Assembly (NCBI GenBank): GCA_964016885.1 | Contig: OZ024743.1 | Span: forward strand, 32,612,001-32,676,000 | Length of the DNA stretch: 64,000 nucleotides | Direction: 5' to 3' | Source: Eledone cirrhosa | Taxonomy: Eukaryota | Shown: piece after piece, positions 53,295-64,000 of the stretch | How the letters are laid out: every line of letters begins with the position of its first letter | Numbering within the stretch: the first letter of the stretch is position 1 | The notes under the pieces: generated by a model | What the model saw: the letters and a program-made list of their open reading frames with translations, nothing else | Told to the model about the DNA's origin: nothing | Database searches by the model: none | Program-made: the position numbers and the translations under genes

Positions 53295-55188
53295 CAAAAT
53301 ACACCCCGTCCCACCACCACCACCCCCACCCCATCCACACCACCCCGTCCTATGTAAAGTTATGTTGGTGCCGCGCCATCCGGGCCGAAACAAATGAGAT
53401 CGTGTAGGTGTCACGACAAAAAAACACACAGTCCACGCTGTAATGTGGCCGTGTAGGCAACACGGTAAAAACCTCCCAGACCCACACTGTAAATGTGGTT
53501 GGTGTTAGGAAGGGCATCCAACTGTAGAAAACCTGCCAGACAGTCCTATGCGAGCAAGACAATCACTCTTGCCTCAAGTGGGACTACCCCCGTCCAAACC
53601 CATGCAAGCGTGGAACACGGACGTTAAACGTTGATGATGATGATGATGATGATGATGATATATATATATATATATAAAGATACTTCAGAGTGAACATAAA
53701 ACCACTTGGCTGCAAAGCAAAACTCTTTAATCACACAGCCAAGAGGAACCATGAAACTACTTGGTTGGGTAGTTCGCTCCTTAACCACAGAACCATACCT
53801 ACATATATAACAAGAATTAAAAGAGGAACTTTCTGCTTCATATTGAATAAATATTTATTTTAAATGGTTCCAATTTCTATAGTAATTTCAACCTCTAGGC
53901 CAACATAATGTAACCAAATATATTGATTGTCTGTTTTAGAGGCATTGCATGATTCAGTACTGAAAGGTGGTAGTAGTAGTAGTAGTAGTAGCAGCAGTAA
54001 TAGTAGTATGGTCTAGTGAGTTCCAAGTAGGACTAAAATATCTTATATATTTCGCAAATAAACTCTTGTTGACTAGAAAACAATAGTCTTTTCTTCATTT
54101 AATTTGAAATTCCTTTCATGAAATCTGATCAAAATTGCAAGCTATTAAAAGAAATTCTTGAGGATTACCACTAGAAATGAGAAATTACAATCATCCACAG
54201 AATGGTGAAAATTCCATTAGTGTAGATAAAATGTGAGTGAAGGGTGGGTCAGGTTATTGTTATATAACAAGGATCAACTTTGCCTTCATCCTTCCAGGGC
54301 CAATAAAATAAAGTACCGATCAAATGCTTGGATCAATGTAATCAACTTTTCCCTCTCCTCAAATTTCTTGCCTTGTGTCTTTGTTAAAAACAATGCAAGG
54401 AAATTATTCAGTTTTGTTAATTTTTATTACTTTAAATATATTTTAAAGTGATTTTACATTTAATTGTTTATGTTAACATAGATTCTAAACAATTCTGCAT
54501 GAAGTGTCGGAATTCTTCTTCTTTCTTTGTTTTTTCTTTTCTTTTTCTTCACCCACTTATTCCTGAGTCAGTTGTGGGGGCAGAATCTTCAAACACTCCT
54601 TCCAACAAGGAACCATTTTCACCTAATCCAGCTGGATCCCCGAGTGAGACCAGCCAAGCTCATAGATGTTATCCAACCATCTTGCTTGGGATCTACTGAT
54701 GGGTCTCTTGCCAGTTGATTTTGGCCATAATTTCTGTTGAGTGATTCATTCCTGTCCATAGTATCGGAGCAGTTATCTCTCAATTCGGAGTGGTAGCAGC
54801 TCTACCTAGAGTGACTCTCTGATCTACAAGCTACTGCTTTGTCAGAATTCATTTTACAAATTTATACAATTTACATATTTTCAGCTCTGGTTATAGACAT
54901 AACGATATAACTGCATGGTTGTTTTTACTGACTTGCGATTTCTTGACCTTTTCTTTTATAATCAAACACAGAAAACGGAAAGAAAAGTTCAGTATTGAAC
55001 AAGAATTTGACAGTTTTATGCAAAAGTGTATTTGTTAACCAGACAAACAGCTTTCATTTCTATAGAGTCAGGAATACTATTAATGAAGCTACGAACAGTG
55101 AGAGCCTTCTGGTCAAAAGAGATGACAGTCAACTCTCATCACTAACCTTTACTTGTCAAAATGGTTTAACTCCTAATAGTTCATTTAA

Positions 55189-55258
<70 letters not shown>

Positions 55259-55341
55259 GCAAAAGGTAAAGAAAAATAAAGCAAATAACACAGTACAATG
55301 ATGAGATATATTAGTTTTATACTTGATATAGTAGGAAAAGT

Positions 55342-55378
55342 GTCTGAACATTTCAGATGCTAGTCCTTCATCAGAAAA
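55342..55378 (-). ncRNA. Degenerate orphan hammerhead motif
   Basis: TTTT-CTGATGA-AGGA.TAGCA.TCT-GAAA-TGT-TC-AGAC next to a (TA)n tract. The stems are imperfect. Confidence 0.4.
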
Positions 55379-55599
55379 TAGAGAGAGAAATTAAGGAAGA
55401 AATAGAAAGATAGAGGAGAGTGAGCAGTGGCAGAAACGAAAACAATTTCCTAGAGAAAAGCAGGTCTATTTAGGTCACCATCCCTTGGAAAACTGGAATT
55501 CAGCATTGGTATAAGAAGTTCAGTTGGTCATGTTTAGAAAGGCTGTGATGGAAGGCATCTGAATCATGTGGAAAAAGAAAAATCCACTGCATCTGATCC

Positions 55600-55740
55600 C
55601 TCTTATGCCCAGTTTCTCTCACAATTCATTTATGCTCTTCTGTTCATCTATATTACTATTACACATTTATTGAAGCATGCCAGTTTCATTTCTTTCCAAT
55701 CTTTACAAGTCGCCTGCACACAGCACCAAGGTCTCACTAC
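55600..55740 (-). mobile_element. Old internal RTE fragment
   Basis: Diverged match to the GSET..LERNE..ML...CNSN region. Confidence 0.6.
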
Positions 55741-55756
55741 TATATATATATACATA

Positions 55757-56007
55757 TGAAGAGGTCACAGAATGTGTGACGAAAGATCTTTGACAATATA
55801 TGAACAATCGTCTGGTTGTGGAACCAACCAACCGGAAATTTATAAATTCTTAAATTCTTAAATTTATAAATTTAATTTATAGTAAATTGAAGTGAAAGCA
55901 ACTGTTGCGTGTGTTTCTTATTGGCAACATGACCCTCCCAAAGCATAACAATATTGGTTTCAACACACGTTTTCAGATAAAGAATCTTGCTAAACAAATT
56001 CAGAAAC

Positions 56008-56010
<3 letters not shown>
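55757..56010 (+). mobile_element. PLE1-family terminal fragment starting inside the hammerhead core
   Basis: Begins TGAAGAGGTCAC...GTGACGAAAGATCTTTGAC and ends TCAGAAACGA, flanked by (TA)n. Confidence 0.85.
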
Positions 56011-56045
<35 letters not shown>

Positions 56046-56048
<3 letters not shown>

Positions 56049-56120
56049 GGTGTCCCAAAAAATGTATACACACTTCAACAGTATTCTAATAAAAGTTTGT
56101 ATACATTTTTTGTGGATACT

Positions 56121-56123
<3 letters not shown>
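56046..56123. mobile_element. Tc1/mariner-type MITE of about 80 bp
   Basis: Imperfect TIRs CATGGTGTCCCAAAAAATGTATACA / TGTATACATTTTTTGTGGATACTCT in a TA context. Confidence 0.55.
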
Positions 56124-56157
<34 letters not shown>

Positions 56158-56161
<4 letters not shown>

Positions 56162-56955
56162 ATGCCTGCATACGAACAGCAATGTTACATGGCAGTGAGA
56201 CCTGGGCATTGTGTGCAGAGGATATACGCAGACTGGAGAGAAACGAAGCTTGCATGCTCCGCTGGATGTGTAATAGTAATATACGTGAACGGCAAAGCAT
56301 AAACAAACTAAGGGAGAAATTAGAAATAAGAGGGATCAGATGTTGTTTACTCGAGAGAAGACTACGTTGGTATGGTCACGTGATGCGCATGAGAGATGAC
56401 AGCTGTATAAAAAAGTGCAGGGCAATAAAAATAGACGGTAGCCACGGAGTAGGCAGACCCAGAAAAACCTGGGACGACTTGATAAATTCTAACCTCACAC
56501 ACTTATACCTCTCCAAGACAATGTCACTAGACCGAGATCTTTGGCGCTACACAGTAATAGAGAAGACCCGCCTTACCTAAGTGCAAAGTGAAACCTACTA
56601 CAGTCAGGCACCTCTAACAAAATACACTCCCGTCCCACTACCCCCACCCTATCCACACCACCCCTTTCAATGTAAAGTTATGTTGGTACCACAACATCCA
56701 GCCCGAAACAAATGAGGTGTCACGACAAAAAAACACACAGTCCACGCTGTAATGTGGCCGTGTAGGTAACACGGTAAAAACCTCCCAGTTCCACACTGTA
56801 AATGTGTTTGGTGTTAGGAAGGGCATCCAGCCGTAGAAAACCCGCCAGACAGTCCTATGCGAGCAAGACAACCACTCTTTCCTCAAGTGGGAAAACTCCC
56901 GTCCAAACCCATGCGAGCGTGGAATATGGACGTTAAACGATGATGATGATGATGA
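56158..56955 (+). mobile_element. 5'-truncated RTE LINE (family A)
   Basis: YDACIRTAMLHGSETW...EKTRLT*, followed by the 3'UTR and (GAT)n tail. Confidence 0.92.
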
Positions 56956-58192
56956 TATATATATATATAGCTATTTCCTCGTAGTTTGAATAGTTAAGAA
57001 GTTTGTTTGGCAATCATTAGGTCTCTGGTTTGATCTCCCTGTGTAACATCTTGAACAAGTGTCATTTATAGATGAAAACTCTTTGTAAGCCCATCAAATG
57101 AACTGTAACTGCCACACCGTGTCAAGCTGAATCTCCAGGCTTTAAAAAAATATAGACTGGTGTCTATATGTTGACTAAATCTCAGTTGTCTTTCGAGGAG
57201 AATGCACTTCTGCTGAAATGTTCCAGTAACACACTGTTTGTATTTGTCTCTCGTACTTGCTAAGATGAAAATAATGTTGATCAACAACTAATATTTATTT
57301 GTTTGTTTGTTACTATATTACTGGTTTAAATTTATCCTTTTAAAAGTTCAAAGCATTAAACATGCTTTCACTTGCTTAGTCCTTTGATACAAACCTATGC
57401 AAAACTGCTTCAATTCTATGATGACAAACCTCTTGTTTTTAAGTATTCATATTTCAATCAAAACCAATGTAATAGAAGAATATTTTTATTAAGCTATGTA
57501 ATAAAAATCAGCTTATTTATATAGTTTGTCATAAGTTGCTTCAAATTGTTGATTATTTTCAAAATGAATTGAAAAACATAGTTGGTGCATTCCATTAAAA
57601 ATATGGTAATGAAATGGTTATCTATGAATTATCAGGCAGATATATCCATCTAGCTAGCCAGCCATCTCTGGTACCCCTGATTAATATAAGTTTGGTTGTT
57701 GCTGTGCTGGAATTGTTTGGGTATAATTCTGAAGGGCATGATTACTTTTACTTTATGTACAGTATGATATATTCTTAATTTTTTATTTGGTTAAACATAC
57801 TGAAAAAGAAAGCAGCATTGCAAAGGACTATAAATGCCATAAATGAGAGGAAAGGGAAGGTAAGAGCAAAGACTACTAAACAACAGAATTAAAAAATGGG
57901 GAAGGGATGACGGTGACAGACTCTACACCTAAGTCAGAGCAGTGTTTCGGCTGAGCCCCACAGACAAAATGACAAAGGTATTTCTGCGGACAATGGTATA
58001 TATCTGGTATGTCAGGTTGAGTTTAAGTATATGGACAATATTTGCTGAAGTTCATGGATAGTGTTGGTTTCAACACTTTGCATTTGTATGAGGGCAATAA
58101 ACAATTATGGTTGTGTGTGTGTATATATCATCATCATCATTATATACATTGCCTGTACAAGTAATCAAAGTGTATATACACCTTTGGAGGAC

Positions 58193-58304
<112 letters not shown>

Positions 58305-58430
58305 AATGTGCATGGCTTAGGTGTTAGTATGTTTAGCTTATAATCATAAGGTTACCAGTTTGAGATCGATTCCTTGTGCATGACACTTTATTTCACATTG
58401 CTTTAATCCACTCCACTGGTAAAAATGAGA
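58305..58430 (+). mobile_element. Partial CORE-like SINE
   Basis: CATGGCTTAGGTGTTAG head and GACACTTTATTTCACATTGCT...CCACTC block. Confidence 0.55.
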
Positions 58431-58799
58431 TGGAATACTCATAATCAAAACCAATACCAGTTCAACAAAATTGTGTGCGTGTGTGTGTTTTGAATGAATT
58501 TAAGTGAAAAATAATTAAAGCACAGGATGAAACAATCTTTAGATTATAATGATAAATCAATTATCAGTTTATATTCTTTGGAAATTAAAATATTGTTTCT
58601 TTTGACTAGATTGACTGATAAAATGTTCAAACACAGTCATGTCTTTGGTAATTCTACTTATTACATGACACACTTTAGGAAATTCTTATAACATTATTTT
58701 GCTTCCCCAGACAAGAGAATCTTATAATGTACAAGTAAATATTATTTTCCATTAAATATGACAGTTTAAGTGGTTATCTTCTGTCATCATCTAATTGGC

Positions 58800-59750
58800 T
58801 TATAACCATTCTCATTTGCAATTTCTACCTTCAACCAACATTGATGCAGATTGCAAAACACATGTTAAATTAACTGAAATTGTCAACTTAGCCAACTTCA
58901 TCTTCATCTTCATCAAAGCAGTACACCTCACATCTTTCTAACTCACAACCCACTCCAAGTTGAAACCTGTTTGGTATTTTAAGTTATCTAACTTGTCAAA
59001 TCTCTGCAAATTCTATGCCAACAACACTTATTTTCACCCATGACCTAACAGAGATAGTTAAGCTGATTTCACCCCTGACCCATCTGTGATAGCTAAAGTG
59101 GTGGTCAAAATCATCCTTCTAGGTATGTTCCTTCACATCTTTCCATCAACATCTCAAATCAACTTAGTGGTTTACCTGTAGTAGTTATAAAAAACACTGC
59201 CTACAACATCTAGGAAAAGTTACCTACCACCAGTCCCAAACTGGAAGATTACCAAAAGAAAAGCAAACAATACCTCCATGTAATAATAAAACTCTTCTCA
59301 AACTGACCTTCATTATGCTGCTAGTCTTGGTACTATATACACACAATCACCCTTTGTGAAAACTCTGATTACTTCAACCCAGTGTGATTTGTATTGACTC
59401 TGTCCTTTCCACAATTTACAGACAATGTACTTCATAGCTAACAGATATCTTCACCAAATATTTTGTTCTCTCACTCTCTCTCTCTGCATATATTTATCTC
59501 AGTCTTTAGAAGCATACTATAGTATATTCCATCTCCTCAAAAGACAACCTCTCTGACCCTGCCAACTATTTACCTATCGTTCCTTCTTCAAACATCTTAA
59601 AGGTAACTGAAATAATTGTTTACAATTATCTGTATCAACTTGAGTTTCACTTCCTCTTGAAAGACTATAATTATGTCTACCATAGAGTCAGTTCTACCAA
59701 GTATTTGATCTCTTATGCTACAGACCAATGGTTCTATACTATTGAGATCT
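58800..59750 (+). mobile_element. Highly decayed CR1/Jockey-group LINE
   Basis: My translation of about 59540-59731 (KDNLSDPANYLPIVPSSNILKVTEII...LLKDYNYVYHRVSST) fits non-LTR RT motifs 1-2. The upstream boundary is approximate. Confidence 0.6.
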
Positions 59751-59810
59751 TAACTATAGCACTAGTCACTAGCGCTGTGTCCCACTGAATCTACCTGAGA
59801 ACTATATTAA

Positions 59811-60007
59811 CCCTTTAGCCTTTAAACTGACTGTATTCGGTCAGAATTCTCTCACCTCTTTCTGTTGAAACTGGCTGTAACTCATACTGATGTTAAGGTA
59901 TTGTTCTCAAAATGAATAATATCAAAATCTCATAGATTTGATATGATGTGAGAAAATTATGTGAAATTACCATGAAAATATAGTAGAGTAATGTAAATGT
60001 TAAAGGG
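59811..60007. mobile_element. piggyBac-type MITE inserted in a SINE remnant
   Basis: TTAA-CCCTTTAG...TAAAGGG-TTAA. The flanks (about 59770-60110) rejoin into the SINE body seen at 4925-5065. Confidence 0.8.
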
Positions 60008-60336
60008 TTAAGGGGGCACATGTCTGTGAAAAGATCAGTCACATGCAGATTGTTCCTTTGATCATATCAACTAGAGCAGTCATCTTCAGAACCAACAGAA
60101 GCCCAACAAATGTATCCAAAACTTCATTATACAGCATGCTTTTCTATTTTGAAGATGGTAGGATGGGGATTGGAATGGTCTTGTATGATAAATTTAGTAG
60201 GTAGTGGAATTGAGTAAAGGCTCCTATGTATATTGCACCTTAGAGGCTACCACGTTAAAACTCCATATATGCATCTTCTCATTTGATGTGATTCTATGCT
60301 ATGCATTTATAAGCTAAGTAACTCATACTTCTTTAA

Positions 60337-60504
60337 CACTTTAGCATTTAAACCTGCCGTATCCAGCCAGAATTCTCTCACTATTTTCTGTTCAGACTGG
60401 CCATAATGCACCACTCATACTGGTGTCATATCAAAATTCCATAGATTTGATATTATTTGAAGTAAAGCCTTTACTGTGAAAATATAATAGTAAATACTAA
60501 AGGG
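60337..60504. mobile_element. Internally deleted piggyBac-type MITE
   Basis: TTAA-CACTTTAGCATTTA...TAAATACTAAAGGG. Confidence 0.7.
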
Positions 60505-60654
60505 TAAAGAAATAATCAAAAACTGCTGTTTCATGAACTATTTAATGTTCCATATTACATAGGAGTATGTGTTGTTATAAGTGACAGCATTACAGCAACA
60601 TTTTATCAAGAATCTGAGTTTTATGAATGATGTACTTGAAATATCTTATTTTTT

Positions 60655-60978
60655 GGAGGCACTCCATCAGTTACAATGACAAGTGTTCCAGTTAATCTGA
60701 TCAATGGAACAGCCTGCTCATGAAATTAACATGCAAGTAGCTGAGCATTCCACAGGCATACATACCCTTTACGTAGTTCTCAGTGAAATTCGGTGTGATA
60801 CAGTTTGTGACAAGGCTGGTCCTTCGAACTACAGGTACAACTCCTTTTTGCCAGCTAAGTGGACTGGAGCAATGTGAAATAAAGTGTCTTGCTCAAGGAC
60901 ACAACATGCCGCTGAGAATCGAACTCACGACCTTATGATTGTGAAATGAATACTCTAACCACAAAGCCACATGCCTTC
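60655..60978 (-). mobile_element. Full-length tRNA/CORE-like SINE with a tail different from the 48317 family
   Basis: The minus strand reads GAAGGCATGTGGCTTTGTGGTTAGAG (A box), GAGTTCGATTCTC (B box) and CCTTGAGCAAGACACTTTATTTCACATTGCTCCAG. Confidence 0.8.
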
Positions 60979-61139
60979 AAAGATCCATCATATTGTTTAC
61001 TTTCTACTCACCTAACATGGATTTTGTCAGGTGATATTTGTACAGGTCATCAAATTCTACACTCCTTAGTTACACCTAGTCATCACAAATTGACACCACA
61101 TCTTATGGCAATATTACCTGTGAGAAGCAAATGTCAATC

Positions 61140-62695
61140 AGTGGTGGTGTTATTGTTGATGGTGGTGGTGGTGTTAATGTTGATAGTGGTGGTGTTATTG
61201 TTGATGGTGGTGGTGTTATTGTTGATAGTGGTGGTGTTATTGTTGATAGTGGTGGTGGTGTTATTGTTGATGGTGGTGGTGGTGTTAATGTTGATAGTGG
61301 TGGTGTTATTGTTGATGGTGGTGGTGTTATTGTTGATAGTGGTGGTGTTATTGTTGATAGTGGTGGTGGTGTTATTGTTGATGGTGGTGGTGGTGTTAAT
61401 GTTGATAGTGGTGGTGTTATTGTTGATGGTGGTGGTGTTATTGTTGATAGTGGTGGTGTTATTGTTGATAGTGGTGGTGGTGTTATTGTTGATGGTGGTG
61501 GTGGTGTTAATGTTGATAGTGGTGGTGTTATTGTTGATGGTGGTGGTGTTATTGTTGATAGTGGTGGTGTTATTGTTGATAGTGGTGGTGGTGTTATTGT
61601 TGATGGTGGTGGTGGTGTTAATGTTGATAGTGGTGGTGTTATTGTTGATGGTGGTGGTGTTATTGTTGATAGTGGTGGTGTTATTATTGATAGTGGTGGT
61701 GTTATTATTGATAGTGGTGGTGTTATTGTTGATGGTGGTGGTGGTGTTAATGTTGATAGTGGTGGTGTTATTGTTGATAGTGGTGGTGTTATTGTTGATG
61801 GTGGTGGTGTTATTATTGATAGTGGTGGTGTTATTGTTGATAGTGGTGGTGTTATTGTTGATAGTGGTGGTGTTATTGTTGATAGTGGTGGTGTTATTGT
61901 TGATGGTGGTGGTGTTATTGTTGATAGTGGTGGTGTTATTGTTGATAGTGGTGGTGGTATTATTGTTGATGGTGGTGGTGGTATTATTGTTGATGGTGGT
62001 GGTGGTGTTAATGTTGATAGTGGTGGTGTTATTGTTGATGGTGGTGGTGTTATTGTTGATAGTGGTGGTGTTATTGTTGATAGTGGTGGTGGTATTATTG
62101 TTGATGGTGGTGGTGGTATTATTGTTGATGGTGGTGGTGGTATTATTGTTGATGGTGGTGGTGGTATTATTGTTGATGGTGGTGGTGGTATTATTGTTTG
62201 AGGTGATGGAGCTGCTGTTATTGTTGATGGTGGTGGTGGTGGTAGTAGTGGAGCTGCTGTTATTGTTGATGGTGGTAGTAGTGGAGTTGCTGTTATTGTT
62301 GATGGTGGTGGTGGTAGTAGTGGAGCTGCTGTTATTGTTGATGGTGGTGGTGGTAGTAGTGGAGTTGCTGTTATTGTTGATGGTGGTGCTGTTATTGTTG
62401 ATGGTGGTGGTGTTATTGTTGATAGTGGTGGTGGTGTTATTGTTGATAGTGGTGGTGCTGTTATTGTTGATAGTGGTGGTGCTGTTATTGTTGATAGTGG
62501 TGGTGGTGTTATTGTTGATGGTGGTGGTGGTGTTAATGTTGATAGTGGTGGTGGTGTTATTGTTGATGGTGGTGTTAATGTTGATAGTGGTGGTGGTGTT
62601 ATTGTTGATAGTGGTGGTGTTATTATTGATAGTGGTGGTGGTGTTATTGTTGATGGTGGTGGTGGTGGTGTTGTTGTTGATAGTGGTGGTGGTGT
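61140..62695. repeat. Trinucleotide-based minisatellite (21/24-bp GGT/GTT/GAT units, about 90-bp higher-order period)
   Basis: Units such as AGTGGTGGTGTTATTGTTGAT. The GTTAATGTTGAT variant recurs every 90 bp in the first part. Confidence 0.95.
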
Positions 62696-62897
62696 TTTCG
62701 CAGTATTAGTTGTTGATGTTATCGCCTCTTTAGCAGGGTGGTAGAATCAGTGGTCGTTAGTTGCCAGTGTGGTAAGTGATAGTATCCTCGCTGGATTATC
62801 TTGTTGACATAGACGTAAGGGAAGGTCCCTCGATCTATTTACCATCTATTTACAATATTCCTTTCGTCAGGTCACCAATTCCAGCAGCATGGATTAA

Positions 62898-64000
62898 AGT
62901 TGTCACTGAGACACGAGTAACATAATAACGACTTCAACCGCAGTAATTAGAGATGCAATGTTTGTTTATTTATATGGTTGAAGTTACAGATAAAAAGAGG
63001 TTACAAAAGGGAATGTGCCATTGCGCCGTTAAGCCGGCGAGGCTAGTGGTGCAATATCTCACTGTTACATTATGCGTGTTGCTGGCTCGAAGTTTCTGGT
63101 ACAAGAGAGAGATTCTTCAAATCTTCGCGGGGAATTTCTTCCTCAGGGCGCGTAGGGATACATCCTCTTCTACTGGCGCTGATTGGCTGAACTGAGCCAA
63201 ATCACGCACAGAGAATGTATGTGAGCCCGCGGAATGTAGGTCACTACATCACTTCCAACCAGATTTTCAGCCGAAAATCGATAACGAAGAAACCAAGGAC
63301 CCACATATTATTGAATCAGCAAGAACAAATGCTGAAAGAGCACATCAGCGAAAAAATAATTGAGCAGAAGGTTGCATGCAAGAACAAAAAATGAGGCGCT
63401 ACGGGCCGTGTTGAGCCGCTGTGTCAAATGACCAATTGTTTTGTTGTTTATACGTGACCGCCAAAGGTCTAACAAAAAACGGATAAAGTCTGACATGGGC
63501 GAAGTTGCTGTTCTTGCATTAAATGTTAATGGTAAGCGTTGTACCAGTAGCTGTGAACGAAGCTATTATGGTAGTTTACCAGTGCTGGCGAGAAAATGAT
63601 GGCCCCCAGATGTATTGTCGAATGTGCTGTGGAGCCAGGAAAAAATGGCTGGTTGCTTTGTAAAGAACAAAAGGCAAGTTTAATCTGTAGGTGGGTTGCA
63701 GTGTAAATTCCATAATTCGAGCGAATCCACAGAAGTGGCTGAAATATTGACAAGTCCAGTTCAATTTGTTGCCTTCCCAGCGTGTCGGGCAAAAACAACA
63801 AGACGGATGGCCGTCATGGACGATCAGTGTGCAACGAGATGCGAAGCTGTTTGAGTTCAGCTGCAATTAGAATTCTCGTGTTGCGGTGCCTGTTTGAATC
63901 CAGTGGATTAAGCTCTGTGAGCTGCCAGCATCTCAACCAGGTGAAAAGGGACTCGCAGAATATTACGTTTGAAGAACATATACCAAGAACAACATGTTGG
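62898..64000 (-). mobile_element. Probable Gypsy-like LTR retrotransposon 3' end (LTR about 62898-63248 plus a very degraded integrase region)
   Basis: On the minus strand a purine-rich GGTTGGAAGTGA precedes TGTAGTGACC (LTR start), and AATAAA lies near the LTR end. Only faint integrase-like peptides occur upstream (REF*LQLNS, PSVLL). Confidence 0.4.

Larger units (their letters stand above)
48941..53658 (+). mobile_element. Probably full-length RTE-clade LINE (family A) inserted in a (TA)n tract
   Basis: About 1.1 kb repeat-structured leader, a single intact ORF, a 3'UTR with terminal hairpin and a (GAT)n tail, with (TA)n on both flanks. The 5' boundary is inferred. Confidence 0.85.

Noticed and set aside
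60900-60978. tRNA gene
   Set aside because: The A/B boxes belong to a SINE head that continues into a CORE-like body, with no complete cloverleaf.
60946-62709. 587-aa hydrophobic ORF
   Set aside because: It starts inside an antisense SINE and runs through a trinucleotide minisatellite, with no domain signal.

Overview
This is an AT-rich eukaryotic window made almost entirely of repeats, and I could not support any host protein-coding gene. The SINE families and (TA)n density suggest an octopus or other cephalopod genome (inference). It holds one apparently intact RTE-clade LINE (48941-53658) with a 1084-aa ORF: APE endonuclease, RT, and a PHD-like zinc finger inserted inside the RT. It also holds truncated copies of at least three RTE families and three Penelope-like elements (PLEs) with RT and GIY-YIG domains, two of which form large head-to-head inverted repeats. 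Other elements are CR1, CRE-like, R4/Dong-like and Gypsy-like relics, tRNA/CORE-type SINEs, piggyBac-type and Tc1/mariner-type MITEs, large micro- and minisatellites, and an assembly gap. The most striking signal, found by reading both strands, is about 15 type I hammerhead-ribozyme motifs from roughly nine unrelated sequence families. They sit in PLE 3' ends and in short orphan modules between (TA)n tracts, and several have palindromic stem III and expanded stem II. All coordinates and structures were read by eye and need computational confirmation.
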